Assembly (NCBI GenBank): GCA_964453825.1
Contig: CAYVPO010000008.1
Span: 5,039 to 29,038 of the forward strand
Origin: an uncultured Holophagales bacterium
Lineage (GTDB): Bacteria; Acidobacteriota; Thermoanaerobaculia; UBA5066
Length of the DNA stretch: 24,000 nt
Direction: 5' to 3'
Shown: one piece after another, positions 14,877 to 22,711 of the stretch
How positions within the stretch are numbered: the first letter of the stretch is position 1
How the letters are laid out: the number at the start of each line of letters is the position of its first letter
Translations under genes and position numbers: made by a program
Notes under the pieces: model-generated
Told to the model about the DNA's origin: nothing
The model's input: the letters and a program-made list of their open reading frames with translations, nothing else
Database searches by the model: none

Positions 14877-15355
14877 CGAGGCGCGGGCCCGAACTGCTTC
14901 ATGAGCCGCTTCTCGACGACCTCGGGTCGCTCCAGGATCTCGCACTCCCAGACGACGAACGTGTGGAAGCCGAGCCGCCGCAGCGCCGCCAGGGCGCGCG
15001 CGTCCCGCCGTCTGTTCTGGTCGAACTTCGTCTCCCAGAAGGCCCGGTTGCGCTTCGGCGTCGTCGTCCGCGAGCAGCCCGCGTGCCGGTGCCAGAAGCA
15101 TCCGTGCACGAACACCGCCCAGAGACGCGAGCGATTCGCCGCGTCGGGCGTGCCCGGCAGGTCGCGATTCGACTTCCGGAACGAGTGACCGAGGCGCGTC
15201 AGCAGGCTCCGGACGAGCTGTTCGGCCGACGTGTCCTTCTGGCGGACTCTGGCCATGCGGACGGACGTCTCGGCATCGACGAGAAGGCCGAGGCGATTGC
15301 GGGAGAGCTTTCGGGAAGAGCCGTACGGCTCAGACGGCTGCTGCGAGTTCTTCAC
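14849..15355 (-). CDS. vsr: Very short patch repair (Vsr) endonuclease
   Basis: Matches E. coli Vsr blocks: DAETSVRMARVRQKDTSAEQ (compare TRSKNMRAIATRDTAIE), LPGTPD, AVFVHGCFWHRH, FWETKFDQNRRRD and VVWECE. The conserved N-terminal block lies upstream of the first ATG (15256). The only in-frame start upstream is GTG 15355, which gives a 26-nt overlap with the dcm 3' end. Confidence 0.85.
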   Translation of the reverse strand: MKNSQQPSEPYGSSRKLSRNRLGLLVDAETSVRMARVRQKDTSAEQLVRSLLTRLGHSFRKSNRDLPGTPDAANRSRLWAVFVHGCFWHRHAGCSRTTTPKRNRAFWETKFDQNRRRDARALAALRRLGFHTFVVWECEILERPEVVEKRLMKQFGPAPRQRIRNRDA

Positions 15356-16586
15356 GCATCCGCCCGAGGTGGCGCTCCACTTCCGCCAGGAATCCCGGCG
15401 GGAAGCGGAGAGAGCCGGAACGGGCCCGGGAGAGGAAGCCGGCCGTAGCCTTGGCGGAAAGGGGCTCCGTCGGGAATCGCAAGAACTCCTGCAGGTGCAT
15501 GCGCGTCCGCCGAGCAGGCCAGGCGGACACGTCGGCTGCGAAGCGGCCCTGCCCGAGATTCCACGCGGCCCGCGGCCAGGGACGTCCCGCCTGAAGCGGA
15601 GAATCTGCCTCGTCGTCGTACTCGCCCGGCAGGGCCAGCCGCTCTCCGAGCCATCGCGCAACGTCCACGGTAACGGCGTTTCCAACCAGGTGCCAGCGGT
15701 AGCCGCGCTTGACGACCGACTCGGCGGGCTTCGTCCAGTCGACTTCGAAGCCCTGCATCCTCTCGGCATCGCGAAGGTCGGGTTTCACGATCGACCCCGA
15801 CGGCAGCACGATTGCGGGAGGCGAGGGAATACCGACCGTCGAGCCCCCCTTCAGTGTCGGCACCGCGTCCACCGCCCAGCCGAGTCCGCGGACCCCTTCG
15901 GTCCAGTAAAACCCGCATGCCACACGGCCCTGCGGCACGGCCTCCGGTTCACCGGCGTCGTCGGCGAAGAGCACCCGCCGAGGGTCCTCGTCGAGTGAAG
16001 CCAGCAGGAACACCCGCTCGCGCCGCTGCGGAAGGCCGAATGAGCGTGTGTCGACCACCCGATAGGCCCATCGATAGCCGAGGCTCTCGAGCGTCGCCAC
16101 GATCACTTCGAGTGCCCGCCCGCGAGAGAGTTGGAGCATGAACGGCACGTTCTCCAGAAGCACGAACGGCACCCGGGTCGTGCGAACGAGGCGGAACACT
16201 TCGCCGACGAGTCCCGAGCGAGAGCCCTCGATCCCGGCCGTCTTGCCGGCCTGGCTGAGGTCCTGGCATGGAAAGCCTCCGACGAGGAGCTCCGTCCCCT
16301 TCGGGAGCGTCTTCAGCTCGCGGACGTCGGGCGCACAGGGGATGTCGGGGAAGCGTGCGGCCAAGACCGCACGAGCTCCAGCGTCGATCTCGCAGAGGAG
16401 GGCCGTTTCGTGTCCAGCCCGCGCGAGCCCCTGTTCGAGACCGCCGACGCCGGCGAAGAGACCGGCGACCCTGAGCGTCCGCGGGCGACTCCCTCGGTCC
16501 GGCCTTGAAGCCGTCGGCTTCCTGGTCGGATACGCGAGTCGGAGCTGTTTCGGCTCTTCTCTCATGGCCTTCAGCTCACTCTTCAT
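15330..16586 (-). CDS. dcm: DNA (cytosine-5) methyltransferase
   Basis: C5-MTase motifs: I LFAGVGGLEQG, IV GGFPCQDLSQAG, VI LLENVPFML, VIII QRRERVFLL and X LVGNAVTVDVA. ATG 16586 (MKSELKAM) lies 6 nt after AGGAG. Confidence 0.93.
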   Translation of the reverse strand: MKSELKAMREEPKQLRLAYPTRKPTASRPDRGSRPRTLRVAGLFAGVGGLEQGLARAGHETALLCEIDAGARAVLAARFPDIPCAPDVRELKTLPKGTELLVGGFPCQDLSQAGKTAGIEGSRSGLVGEVFRLVRTTRVPFVLLENVPFMLQLSRGRALEVIVATLESLGYRWAYRVVDTRSFGLPQRRERVFLLASLDEDPRRVLFADDAGEPEAVPQGRVACGFYWTEGVRGLGWAVDAVPTLKGGSTVGIPSPPAIVLPSGSIVKPDLRDAERMQGFEVDWTKPAESVVKRGYRWHLVGNAVTVDVARWLGERLALPGEYDDEADSPLQAGRPWPRAAWNLGQGRFAADVSAWPARRTRMHLQEFLRFPTEPLSAKATAGFLSRARSGSLRFPPGFLAEVERHLGRMREELAAAV

Positions 16587-16674
16587 TTCCGGCTCCTGAG
16601 ACGGATGACGGTGCTCACTGCGACAGCCTACCGTAATCGCATGGGCGCGACAAGAGCGTAAGTGCAAGCGTAGG

Positions 16675-16730
16675 CGTTTCGTCGCTTTCGGACGAGACGA
16701 GAGGGGCCCGGTCCTCGCGGACCGAGCCCC
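16675..16730 (-). terminator. Two consecutive GC-rich hairpins downstream of the cytochrome c/b gene (possible terminator or insulator before dcm)
   Basis: Hairpin B: 16703-16714 GGGGCCCGGTCC pairs with 16719-16730 GGACCGAGCCCC (11 of 12 bp, loop TCGC). Hairpin A: 16675-16683 CGTTTCGTC pairs with 16691-16699 GACGAGACG (9 bp including one G-U). There is no clean U-tract, so confidence is modest. Confidence 0.4.
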
Positions 16731-16757
16731 CCCGGAGTCCAGCGGGACCGCCCCGCG

Positions 16758-18959
16758 TCAGGCCGTCGGCTTCTTCGGGCCCTTCGCGTCGCCCTCGGCC
16801 TCGGCCATCTCCGCCTTCGCGCGCTCCTTCTCCTCGGCCTCGAGTATCCGCTCCAGCTCGAGCGGGTGCTCCTCCTCCATCTCCTTGTGGGAGAGGTGGC
16901 CGGTCCAGAAGGCTGTGTTCAGCGGGTAGGAGTCGGGGTTGAACATCACGAAGTAAAAGTGCCAGACGATGATCGCAAGCGTCGCGAGGATCGCCTCGTA
17001 GTAGTGGACGGAACGGGCGACGTCGTAGCCGAGCTTCCCGAAGAGGTTCATGAAGCTGTTGTCGAGCCACATCGCGAAGCCCGTGGCGGCCATGACGATC
17101 GTTCCCCAGATGAGGGCCCAGTACTCGGCCTTCTCGATGTAGCTGAAGCGGTCGAGCTTCGGCTTCACCGGCGTCAGGCCGAGGTTGTACTTGAGCATGT
17201 CGAAGAGGTCGCGGGCGTCCTTGAGGCGGAACCAGAGGTCCTTGACGAGCTGTCGCCCGCGTGCCGTGAAGATGACGTAATAGACGTGGTAGGCCGACGC
17301 GAGGCACATGACGATCGCGGCGATGCGGTGGATCCAGCTCCGGGCCTCGAAGGCGGAGGTGGAGAGGTTTCGGAGCGCGACGACCCACCAGGAGTCGGGG
17401 AACCGGAGCATGAAGCCGGTGATGACGAGGACGATGAAGCTGAGGGCGAGCGCGGCGTGCTGGAGGCGCTCCTCGAGCGTCATGCGCAGATAGAGGCGGT
17501 GCGGCGCCGGCTCGACCTCGACGAGGCCGTGGCGGACGTGGTGCTGATGGCGCGACTTCTTCACGAAGTCGAGGAGGTTGTGGGCCGCCATGCCGCCGAT
17601 CGTCCCGACGATGAGGCCCGCGTAGATGAAGCCGATCCACCAGAGGAGCGGCTCCTCGTCCTTAGAGGTGGCGTCGACGTGGATCTTCCCCTGGGCGAAC
17701 CGGGCGCCGGCGCCCGGGTGGCATTCGCCGCAGGTCGCGACGAGGTTGTCCTTGTGGATCCGGGAAGCGGGGTCGGAGGAGGGCAGGATCTCGTGGGAGC
17801 CGTGGCAGCTGGCGCAGTTCGCGACGTTCGCCTGCCCGCCTCTCACCGCGAGGCCGTGGAAGCTCTCCTCGAACGTCTTGAAGGCGTCGCTCTTGATGTC
17901 GTACTTCTCGGAGAGGCGGAGCGAGGAGTGGCAGGGGGTGCAGACCTTCTGGGCGACGTTCGCGGCAGCGACGGGGGAGTTCGGGTCGCTCGCCTTCAGG
18001 ATGTTGTGCTCGCCATGGCAGGTCGTGCAGGTCGGGGCCTCGCGGACCCCGCGGGCGAGGGCCTTTCCGTGGGCGCTCTTCGAGAAGGCCGCGTCGACCT
18101 CGACGTGGCAGCGGGCGCAGGTCTTCTCGATGTCGAGCGGCGTGGGGCCGGTGCCGTCGGCGCTCTTCTTGCGAACGGTATGCGCGCCGTGGCAGTCGAC
18201 GCAGTTGGCGGCCTTCTCGTTCCCGGCGAGGAGGGCCTTGCCGTGGACGCTCTCCTCGTACCTGGCGATGAATCCGGCGCCCGGCGAGACGCGCGCGCGG
18301 ACGTCCGCGTTGTCGAGGTGGCAGGAGAGGCAGAGCTTCTCCTGTGCCTGCTTGGCGCTCGCGGGCGGGGCGCCGTCGGGCACGGAGACGAGAGCGGTCT
18401 CGTGGCAGGTGAGGCAGGCCGGGGCCTCCTTCACCTTCGCGGTCGCGGCGACCCCGTGGGCGGATTTCGTGTAGAGGTCGACCTCCGTCTCGTGACAGGT
18501 CGCGCAGACCTTCCCGACGGCCGCCGGCGCGAGGGGCGAGCCGGGGTCGGCGACGCGGACGACGTCGTGCCCGCCGTGGCAGTCGGCGCAGGCGATCGCC
18601 GTCGGGTCGTCCTTCATCATCGGGTGGAAGGCGTGGCTCTCGGCGACCGCGTCGTGGCAGGTCGTGCAGTCGGCGGGCGCCACCTTCGGGCCGTGCGGGA
18701 GCGCCTTGAGCTTCGCCAGGTCCGCGTGGCAGTCGACGCACGCCAGCCCGGCCTCGCCGTGGACGGAGGAGGCGAGCGCCTTCTGCGGCGCCTTCTTTCC
18801 CTTGCCCGCCGGCTCGGAATGGCAGGCGAGGCAGTCGTCGTCCGTCGGCGGTTTCGCCGAAGCCGTGGCCGCGAGGGCGAAAGAGGCCGCGAGGACGACC
18901 AGGAGGACGATGCCGGCGCGAAGCCGGTCGAAAAGCTCGGAACGGGTGCTGTCGGTCAC
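16758..18959 (-). CDS. Fusion protein: periplasmic 13-heme c-type cytochrome plus C-terminal cytochrome-b-type membrane domain (FdnI/HydC, Ni_hydr_CYTB-like)
   Basis: GTG 18959 follows a GGGGG tract. Signal peptide ...IVLLVVLAASFALAATASA. Thirteen CxxCH motifs: CLACH, CVDCH, CTTCH, CADCH, CATCH, CLTCH, CLSCH, CVDCH, CARCH, CTTCH, CTPCH, CASCH, CGECH. From about 17670 downwards there are 5 hydrophobic helices with conserved His (LQHAALAL, SWIHRIAAIV..AYHVYY, SVHYYEAI..IVWHFYF). Confidence 0.88.
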   Translation of the reverse strand: MTDSTRSELFDRLRAGIVLLVVLAASFALAATASAKPPTDDDCLACHSEPAGKGKKAPQKALASSVHGEAGLACVDCHADLAKLKALPHGPKVAPADCTTCHDAVAESHAFHPMMKDDPTAIACADCHGGHDVVRVADPGSPLAPAAVGKVCATCHETEVDLYTKSAHGVAATAKVKEAPACLTCHETALVSVPDGAPPASAKQAQEKLCLSCHLDNADVRARVSPGAGFIARYEESVHGKALLAGNEKAANCVDCHGAHTVRKKSADGTGPTPLDIEKTCARCHVEVDAAFSKSAHGKALARGVREAPTCTTCHGEHNILKASDPNSPVAAANVAQKVCTPCHSSLRLSEKYDIKSDAFKTFEESFHGLAVRGGQANVANCASCHGSHEILPSSDPASRIHKDNLVATCGECHPGAGARFAQGKIHVDATSKDEEPLLWWIGFIYAGLIVGTIGGMAAHNLLDFVKKSRHQHHVRHGLVEVEPAPHRLYLRMTLEERLQHAALALSFIVLVITGFMLRFPDSWWVVALRNLSTSAFEARSWIHRIAAIVMCLASAYHVYYVIFTARGRQLVKDLWFRLKDARDLFDMLKYNLGLTPVKPKLDRFSYIEKAEYWALIWGTIVMAATGFAMWLDNSFMNLFGKLGYDVARSVHYYEAILATLAIIVWHFYFVMFNPDSYPLNTAFWTGHLSHKEMEEEHPLELERILEAEEKERAKAEMAEAEGDAKGPKKPTA

Positions 18960-19169
18960 GAGTACCCCCGGGCGCGGATTATTCGGACCGGGAGGGGCCT
19001 CTTCAATGATTCAGGGGCATCAGATGGGGGTGCGGCTGAGATGTGGTCTCGTGGTGAGGCGGCCCGGAGGGCTCGAGCGCCCCCGGAAAGCCGGGGAGGT
19101 GGCGGAAGAGGCCGGAAGCGGGGCGAAGCGTCCGGACGCCCCCCCTGTCGCGTCCGGGAGGGGGGGATC

Positions 19170-19198
19170 TTGACGTCGCGTCCCGATATGAATATTAT
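19170..19198 (+). promoter_or_regulatory. Sigma70-like promoter upstream of argR
   Basis: -35 TTGACG (19170-19175), 17-nt spacer, -10 TATTAT (19193-19198). It lies in a locally AT-rich patch. Confidence 0.5.
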
Positions 19199-19224
19199 TT
19201 CGATGTGCCGAATAAACATTCGAA
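19187..19224. promoter_or_regulatory. Tandem ARG boxes (ArgR operator)
   Basis: Box 1 TATGAATATTATTTCGAT (19187-19204) and box 2 GCCGAATAAACATTCGAA (19207-19224) were compared with the TNTGAATWWWWATTCANW consensus. Box 2 contains the perfect inverted repeat CGAAT-N4-ATTCG. The boxes are 2 bp apart. Box 1 overlaps the -10 element, and both overlap the annotated argR 5' end. Confidence 0.65.
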
Positions 19225-19699
19225 TGCTTCGGTGCTCCGCCGCCGGGACGTCATCCTCAGGCTGTTGAGGGAGGAGGTCGTCCGGTCTCAGGAGGAGCTT
19301 CAGCGCCTCCTGGCCGGGAGAGGCTTCGAAGCAACGCAGCCGACCCTCTCGCGGGACGTCCGGGAGCTCGGGCTCGTGAAGACCCCGGGGGGCTACGCCC
19401 TGCAGGGGACCCCGGACCGGGCGGCGGACGCGGCGCATCGGGCGGCCCGGCTGCAGCGGACGCTCTCGGAGGCGGTGCTGTCCGTCCGCGTGGCCGGCTC
19501 CGTCGTCGTCCTCAGGACGCCGCCGGCCGGCGCGCACCCGGTCGCGCGGGCCGTCGACGAGGCGGAGCTCGCGGAGGCGGTCGGGACGATCGCCGGCGAC
19601 GACACGGTCTTCGTCGCGACGCCGGGCGCCGTTTCCGCGCGCGCCCTCGCCGCGCGCCTCGCCGGCCCGTCCGCGGCCGACCGCCGACGCCACGCCTAG
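19205..19699 (+). CDS. argR: Arginine repressor ArgR
   Basis: N-terminal winged-helix block RSQEELQRLLAGRGFEATQPTLSRDVRELGLVK. C-terminal oligomerisation/arginine-binding block VVVLRTPPAGAHPVARAVD...VGTIAGDDTVFVATPG. Start is GTG 19205 (track) or in-frame GTG 19232. TAG stop. Confidence 0.88.
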   Translation: MPNKHSNASVLRRRDVILRLLREEVVRSQEELQRLLAGRGFEATQPTLSRDVRELGLVKTPGGYALQGTPDRAADAAHRAARLQRTLSEAVLSVRVAGSVVVLRTPPAGAHPVARAVDEAELAEAVGTIAGDDTVFVATPGAVSARALAARLAGPSAADRRRHA

Positions 19700-19735
19700 A
19701 GTCCGGAGCCGTTCCGGAGAATCGAGGATTCGAGA

Positions 19736-20755
19736 GTGATTCGTGTCTCCGTCGTGGGCGCCGCCGGCTACTCGGGCGCCGAGGCCGTCCGCCTCCTGTC
19801 TCGCCATCCTGGGGTCGAGCTCGCCGGTCTCTTCGGGAGCCCGGGCGGGAAGGGAGCGGCGTTCGCCGACCTGCACCCCGACCTCGGCGGCCTCTCCGGC
19901 CCCGATGTCGTGCCCTACGTGGAGGAGGCGCTTCTCGCGGCGCGGCCCGACGCGGCGATCCTCGCGACGCCGAACGAGGTCTCGGCAGAGCTCGCGCCGA
20001 GGCTCCTCGACGCGGGCGTCCGCGTCGTCGACGTCTCCGGCGCGTTTCGGCTGAAGGACGTCTCTCTTTACCCGGCGTGGTACGGATTCACGCACCCAGC
20101 CCCGTCGCTCCTGGCCGAGGCCGTCTACGGACTCACGGAGTGGTGCGGGGAAGAGCTCGAGGCCGCGAAGCTCGTCGCGAACCCCGGCTGCTACCCGACG
20201 TCGGTCCTCGTGGCGTTGAAGCCGCTGGCGCCGCTCCTCGACGGCGCGCAGCCGGTCCTCGTCACGTCGGCGAGCGGCGTTTCGGGAGCGGGGAAAAAGG
20301 CCGACCTCGCATACTCGTTCTGCGAGGTGGCGGGAAGCTTCAAGGCCTACGCGGCCGGGACGCACCGGCACGAGCCGGAGATGCGGCAGGAGCTGGGGCT
20401 TCCGGCCGGGGCGGCGTTCACGTTCGTGCCGCACCTCCTCCCTCTCGTCCGCGGCATCCTCTCGACGATCCACGTCTCCTTCGCGGCGGAGGTCACCGAC
20501 GCGCTCCTGGCGGAGCGCTACGCGGAGGCCTACGCAGGCCGGCCCTTCGTGAAGGTCCACCCGGCGGGACGGCTGCCCGAGTTGAAGGAGGTCGTCGGGA
20601 CACCGCGGGCGCACGTCGGCTGGAAGCTCCTCCCGGGCGGGCGGCGCGCGATCGTCGTGTCGGCCATCGACAACCTCCTCAAGGGAGCCGCCTCCCAGGC
20701 GGTCCAGAACCTCAACCGGCTCTTCGGAATGCCCGAAAGGGAGGGACTGCTTTGA
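19736..20755 (+). CDS. argC: N-acetyl-gamma-glutamyl-phosphate reductase
   Basis: MIRVSVVGAAGYSGAEAVRLL (NAD-binding GxxGxxG). Catalytic Cys block VANPGCYPTS. C-terminal DNLLKGAASQAVQNLN. GTG start 7 nt after GAGGA. Confidence 0.93.
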   Translation: MIRVSVVGAAGYSGAEAVRLLSRHPGVELAGLFGSPGGKGAAFADLHPDLGGLSGPDVVPYVEEALLAARPDAAILATPNEVSAELAPRLLDAGVRVVDVSGAFRLKDVSLYPAWYGFTHPAPSLLAEAVYGLTEWCGEELEAAKLVANPGCYPTSVLVALKPLAPLLDGAQPVLVTSASGVSGAGKKADLAYSFCEVAGSFKAYAAGTHRHEPEMRQELGLPAGAAFTFVPHLLPLVRGILSTIHVSFAAEVTDALLAERYAEAYAGRPFVKVHPAGRLPELKEVVGTPRAHVGWKLLPGGRRAIVVSAIDNLLKGAASQAVQNLNRLFGMPEREGLL

Positions 20756-21528
20756 CCGACGTCGTCAAGCTGGGGGGGAGCCTCCTCGAGAACAGGGCTC
20801 TGCGCCGCTCGGCCCTCGAGGCGATCGCGACCGCCTGGAGCTCGGGGAAGCGCTCGATCGTCGTCCACGGCGGGGGCAAGCGGATCGACGCGATGCTCGA
20901 GGCCCTCGACATCCCGAAGAAGGTGCAGGGCGGGCTCCGCGTCACCGACGCGGAGACGCTCGACGTCGTCGTGTCGATCCTCTCGGGGCTCGTCAACAAG
21001 ACGCTCGTCGCCGAGCTCCGATCGATGGGAATCCTCGCCTCGGGGATCTCCGGGGCCGACGGCGACACGCTCTGGGCCGAGTTCCACGAGGCGGTCGAGG
21101 GGGTCGACCTCGGGTTCGTCGGGCGGGTCGTCCGCTGCGACCCGAAGCTGCTGTCGGCCGTCCTCGGCGCCTCCTTCCTGCCGCTCGTCGCGTCGGTCGC
21201 GCTCGGCCGCGAGGGGACGCTCCTGAACGTGAACGCCGACTCCGCCGCCTCGGCCCTCGCCGGGGCGCTCGGGGCGAAGCGGCTCGTCTTCCTGACGGAC
21301 GTCGAGGGGGTCCTCGACGCGGACGGGAACGTGATCGAGCGGCTCGACGCGCGCGCCGGCCGCGCGCTCCTCGCCTCGCCGGCGGTGACGGGCGGCATGA
21401 AGCCGAAGCTCCGCGCCGCGCTCGAGGCGATCGACGCCGGCGTCTCCGAGGTCCTCGTCGCCGGCCCGTCGCTCCACAGGGCGGCCCTCCTCGAGGGGAA
21501 AGGAGGGACCTGCCTTGTCGCGGCCTGA
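20752..21528 (+). CDS. argB: Acetylglutamate kinase
   Basis: VVKLGGSLL, IVVHGGGKRID, GLRVTD, LNVNADSAA and TDVEGVL are typical AAK-family/ArgB blocks. The TTG start at 20752 overlaps the argC stop (TTGA) and is preceded by AAGGGAGGGA. Confidence 0.9.
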   Translation: MTDVVKLGGSLLENRALRRSALEAIATAWSSGKRSIVVHGGGKRIDAMLEALDIPKKVQGGLRVTDAETLDVVVSILSGLVNKTLVAELRSMGILASGISGADGDTLWAEFHEAVEGVDLGFVGRVVRCDPKLLSAVLGASFLPLVASVALGREGTLLNVNADSAASALAGALGAKRLVFLTDVEGVLDADGNVIERLDARAGRALLASPAVTGGMKPKLRAALEAIDAGVSEVLVAGPSLHRAALLEGKGGTCLVAA

Positions 21529-22711
21529 CGAAAGCCCTTCCGCCGTGGAGGCCCGCGCCGCCTCCTACCTCCTCGGCACCTACGCGTGGACGCCGTTCCA
21601 CCCGCGCGACGGGCGCGGGGCGAGGCTTGTCGACGCAGAGGGGAGGGTCTACTGGGACCTCCTCGCCGGCATCGCGGTCAACGCCCTCGGCTATCGCCAC
21701 CCGCGGCTCGTGAAGACGCTGAAGGCCGAGGCGACGGACCTCCTCCACGTCTCGAACCTCTTCTACCAGCCGGCCCAGGGCGAGCTCGCCGAGCGGCTCG
21801 TGTCGCTCTCGGGCTTCGCGCGCGCCTTCTTCTGCAACAGCGGGACGGAAGCAAACGAGGCGGCGATCAAGTTCGCCCGCCTCGCTTCCCCAGGCCGTTC
21901 GAAGCTCGTCGCGCTCGACAACTCGTTTCACGGGCGAACGGTCGGGGCGGTCTCGCTCACCGGGAACCCGCCGTATCGCGAGCCGTTCGAGCCGCTCCTG
22001 CCGGGCGTGACGTTCCTCCCCGCGAACGACGTCGACGAGCTTCGATCGGCGGTCGACGAGACGACTTCCGCCGTCTTCCTCGAGCCGATCCAGGGCGAGG
22101 GGGGAATCGTCCCGCTCACTCCGGACTACCTCCGCGCGGCGCGCGAGCTCTGCGACGCGACGGGCGCCGTCCTCGTCTTCGACGAGATCCAGTGCGGCCT
22201 CGGGAGGACGGGGAAGCTCTTCGCGTTCCAGCGGGCGGGCGTCGCGCCCGACGTCGTCACGATGGCCAAGCCGCTCGGAGGAGGGCTCCCGCTCGGCGCC
22301 GCCCTCGTCTCGGAGCGGATCGCCGCGCTCGTGAAGCCCGGCCACCACGGGACGACGTTCGGCGGAAACCCCGTCGCCTGCCGGCTCGGCCTCGCCGTCC
22401 TCGACGAGCTCGTCGAGGGAGGTCTCGTCGCGAAGGTCGAGGAGACGGGCGAGTGGTTCGGGAGGAAGCTCGCCGCGCTGAAGCGGCGCTGCCCGGCCGT
22501 CCTCGACGTGCGGGGCGCCGGCCTCATCCGCGGGATCGAGCTCGACCGAGAGGCAGGCCCGGTGCAGAAGAGGCTCCTCGCGAAGGGCTTCGTCGTCGGC
22601 ACGGCCCGCAAGACGGTGATCCGCCTCCTCCCGCCATACGTCGTCCCGAAGGCCGCCCTCTCGGCCTTCCTGACCGCCCTCGAAGAGACCCTGAAGGAAG
22701 GTGCCGCATGA
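21515..22711 (+). CDS. argD: Acetylornithine aminotransferase (class III PLP aminotransferase)
   Basis: [37 protein letters not shown] and [14 protein letters not shown] (PLP Lys), then [12 protein letters not shown] start 21515 lies 7 nt after AAGGAGGG and overlaps argB by 14 nt. Confidence 0.92.
   Translation: MSRPDESPSAVEARAASYLLGTYAWTPFHPRDGRGARLVDAEGRVYWDLLAGIAVNALGYRHPRLVKTLKAEATDLLHVSNLFYQPAQGELAERLVSLSGFARAFFCNSGTEANEAAIKFARLASPGRSKLVALDNSFHGRTVGAVSLTGNPPYREPFEPLLPGVTFLPANDVDELRSAVDETTSAVFLEPIQGEGGIVPLTPDYLRAARELCDATGAVLVFDEIQCGLGRTGKLFAFQRAGVAPDVVTMAKPLGGGLPLGAALVSERIAALVKPGHHGTTFGGNPVACRLGLAVLDELVEGGLVAKVEETGEWFGRKLAALKRRCPAVLDVRGAGLIRGIELDREAGPVQKRLLAKGFVVGTARKTVIRLLPPYVVPKAALSAFLTALEETLKEGAA

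Noticed and set aside
12145-15101. ORFs 12145..14004 (-), 12675..14354 (+, 559 aa as one gene) and 13449..15101 (-)
   Set aside because: Only the last ~109 codons of 12675..14354 look like real protein (mixed composition, continuous with the 14385 ORF). The remainder shadows the cytochrome gene. The minus-strand ORFs are Arg-rich shadows.
15356-15769. Upstream part of the 306-aa ORF 14849..15769 (minus) as an extended Vsr
   Set aside because: It overlaps dcm in another frame, is Ser/Arg/Pro-rich and has no Vsr similarity. Vsr homology begins just downstream of GTG 15355.
13965-16612. Shared 8-mer TGACGGTG near both edges of the R-M island as possible att/target-site duplication
   Set aside because: A single 8-bp match between a ~400-bp and a ~170-bp GC-rich segment is about what chance predicts. 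No longer direct or inverted terminal repeats were found.
19147-19183. 9-bp direct repeat GTCGCGTCC (19147-19155 and 19175-19183) flanking the argR -35 element as an additional operator
   Set aside because: It is short, GC-rich and present only twice. That is plausible by chance in this composition, and the ARG boxes already explain regulation here. It was kept only as a note.
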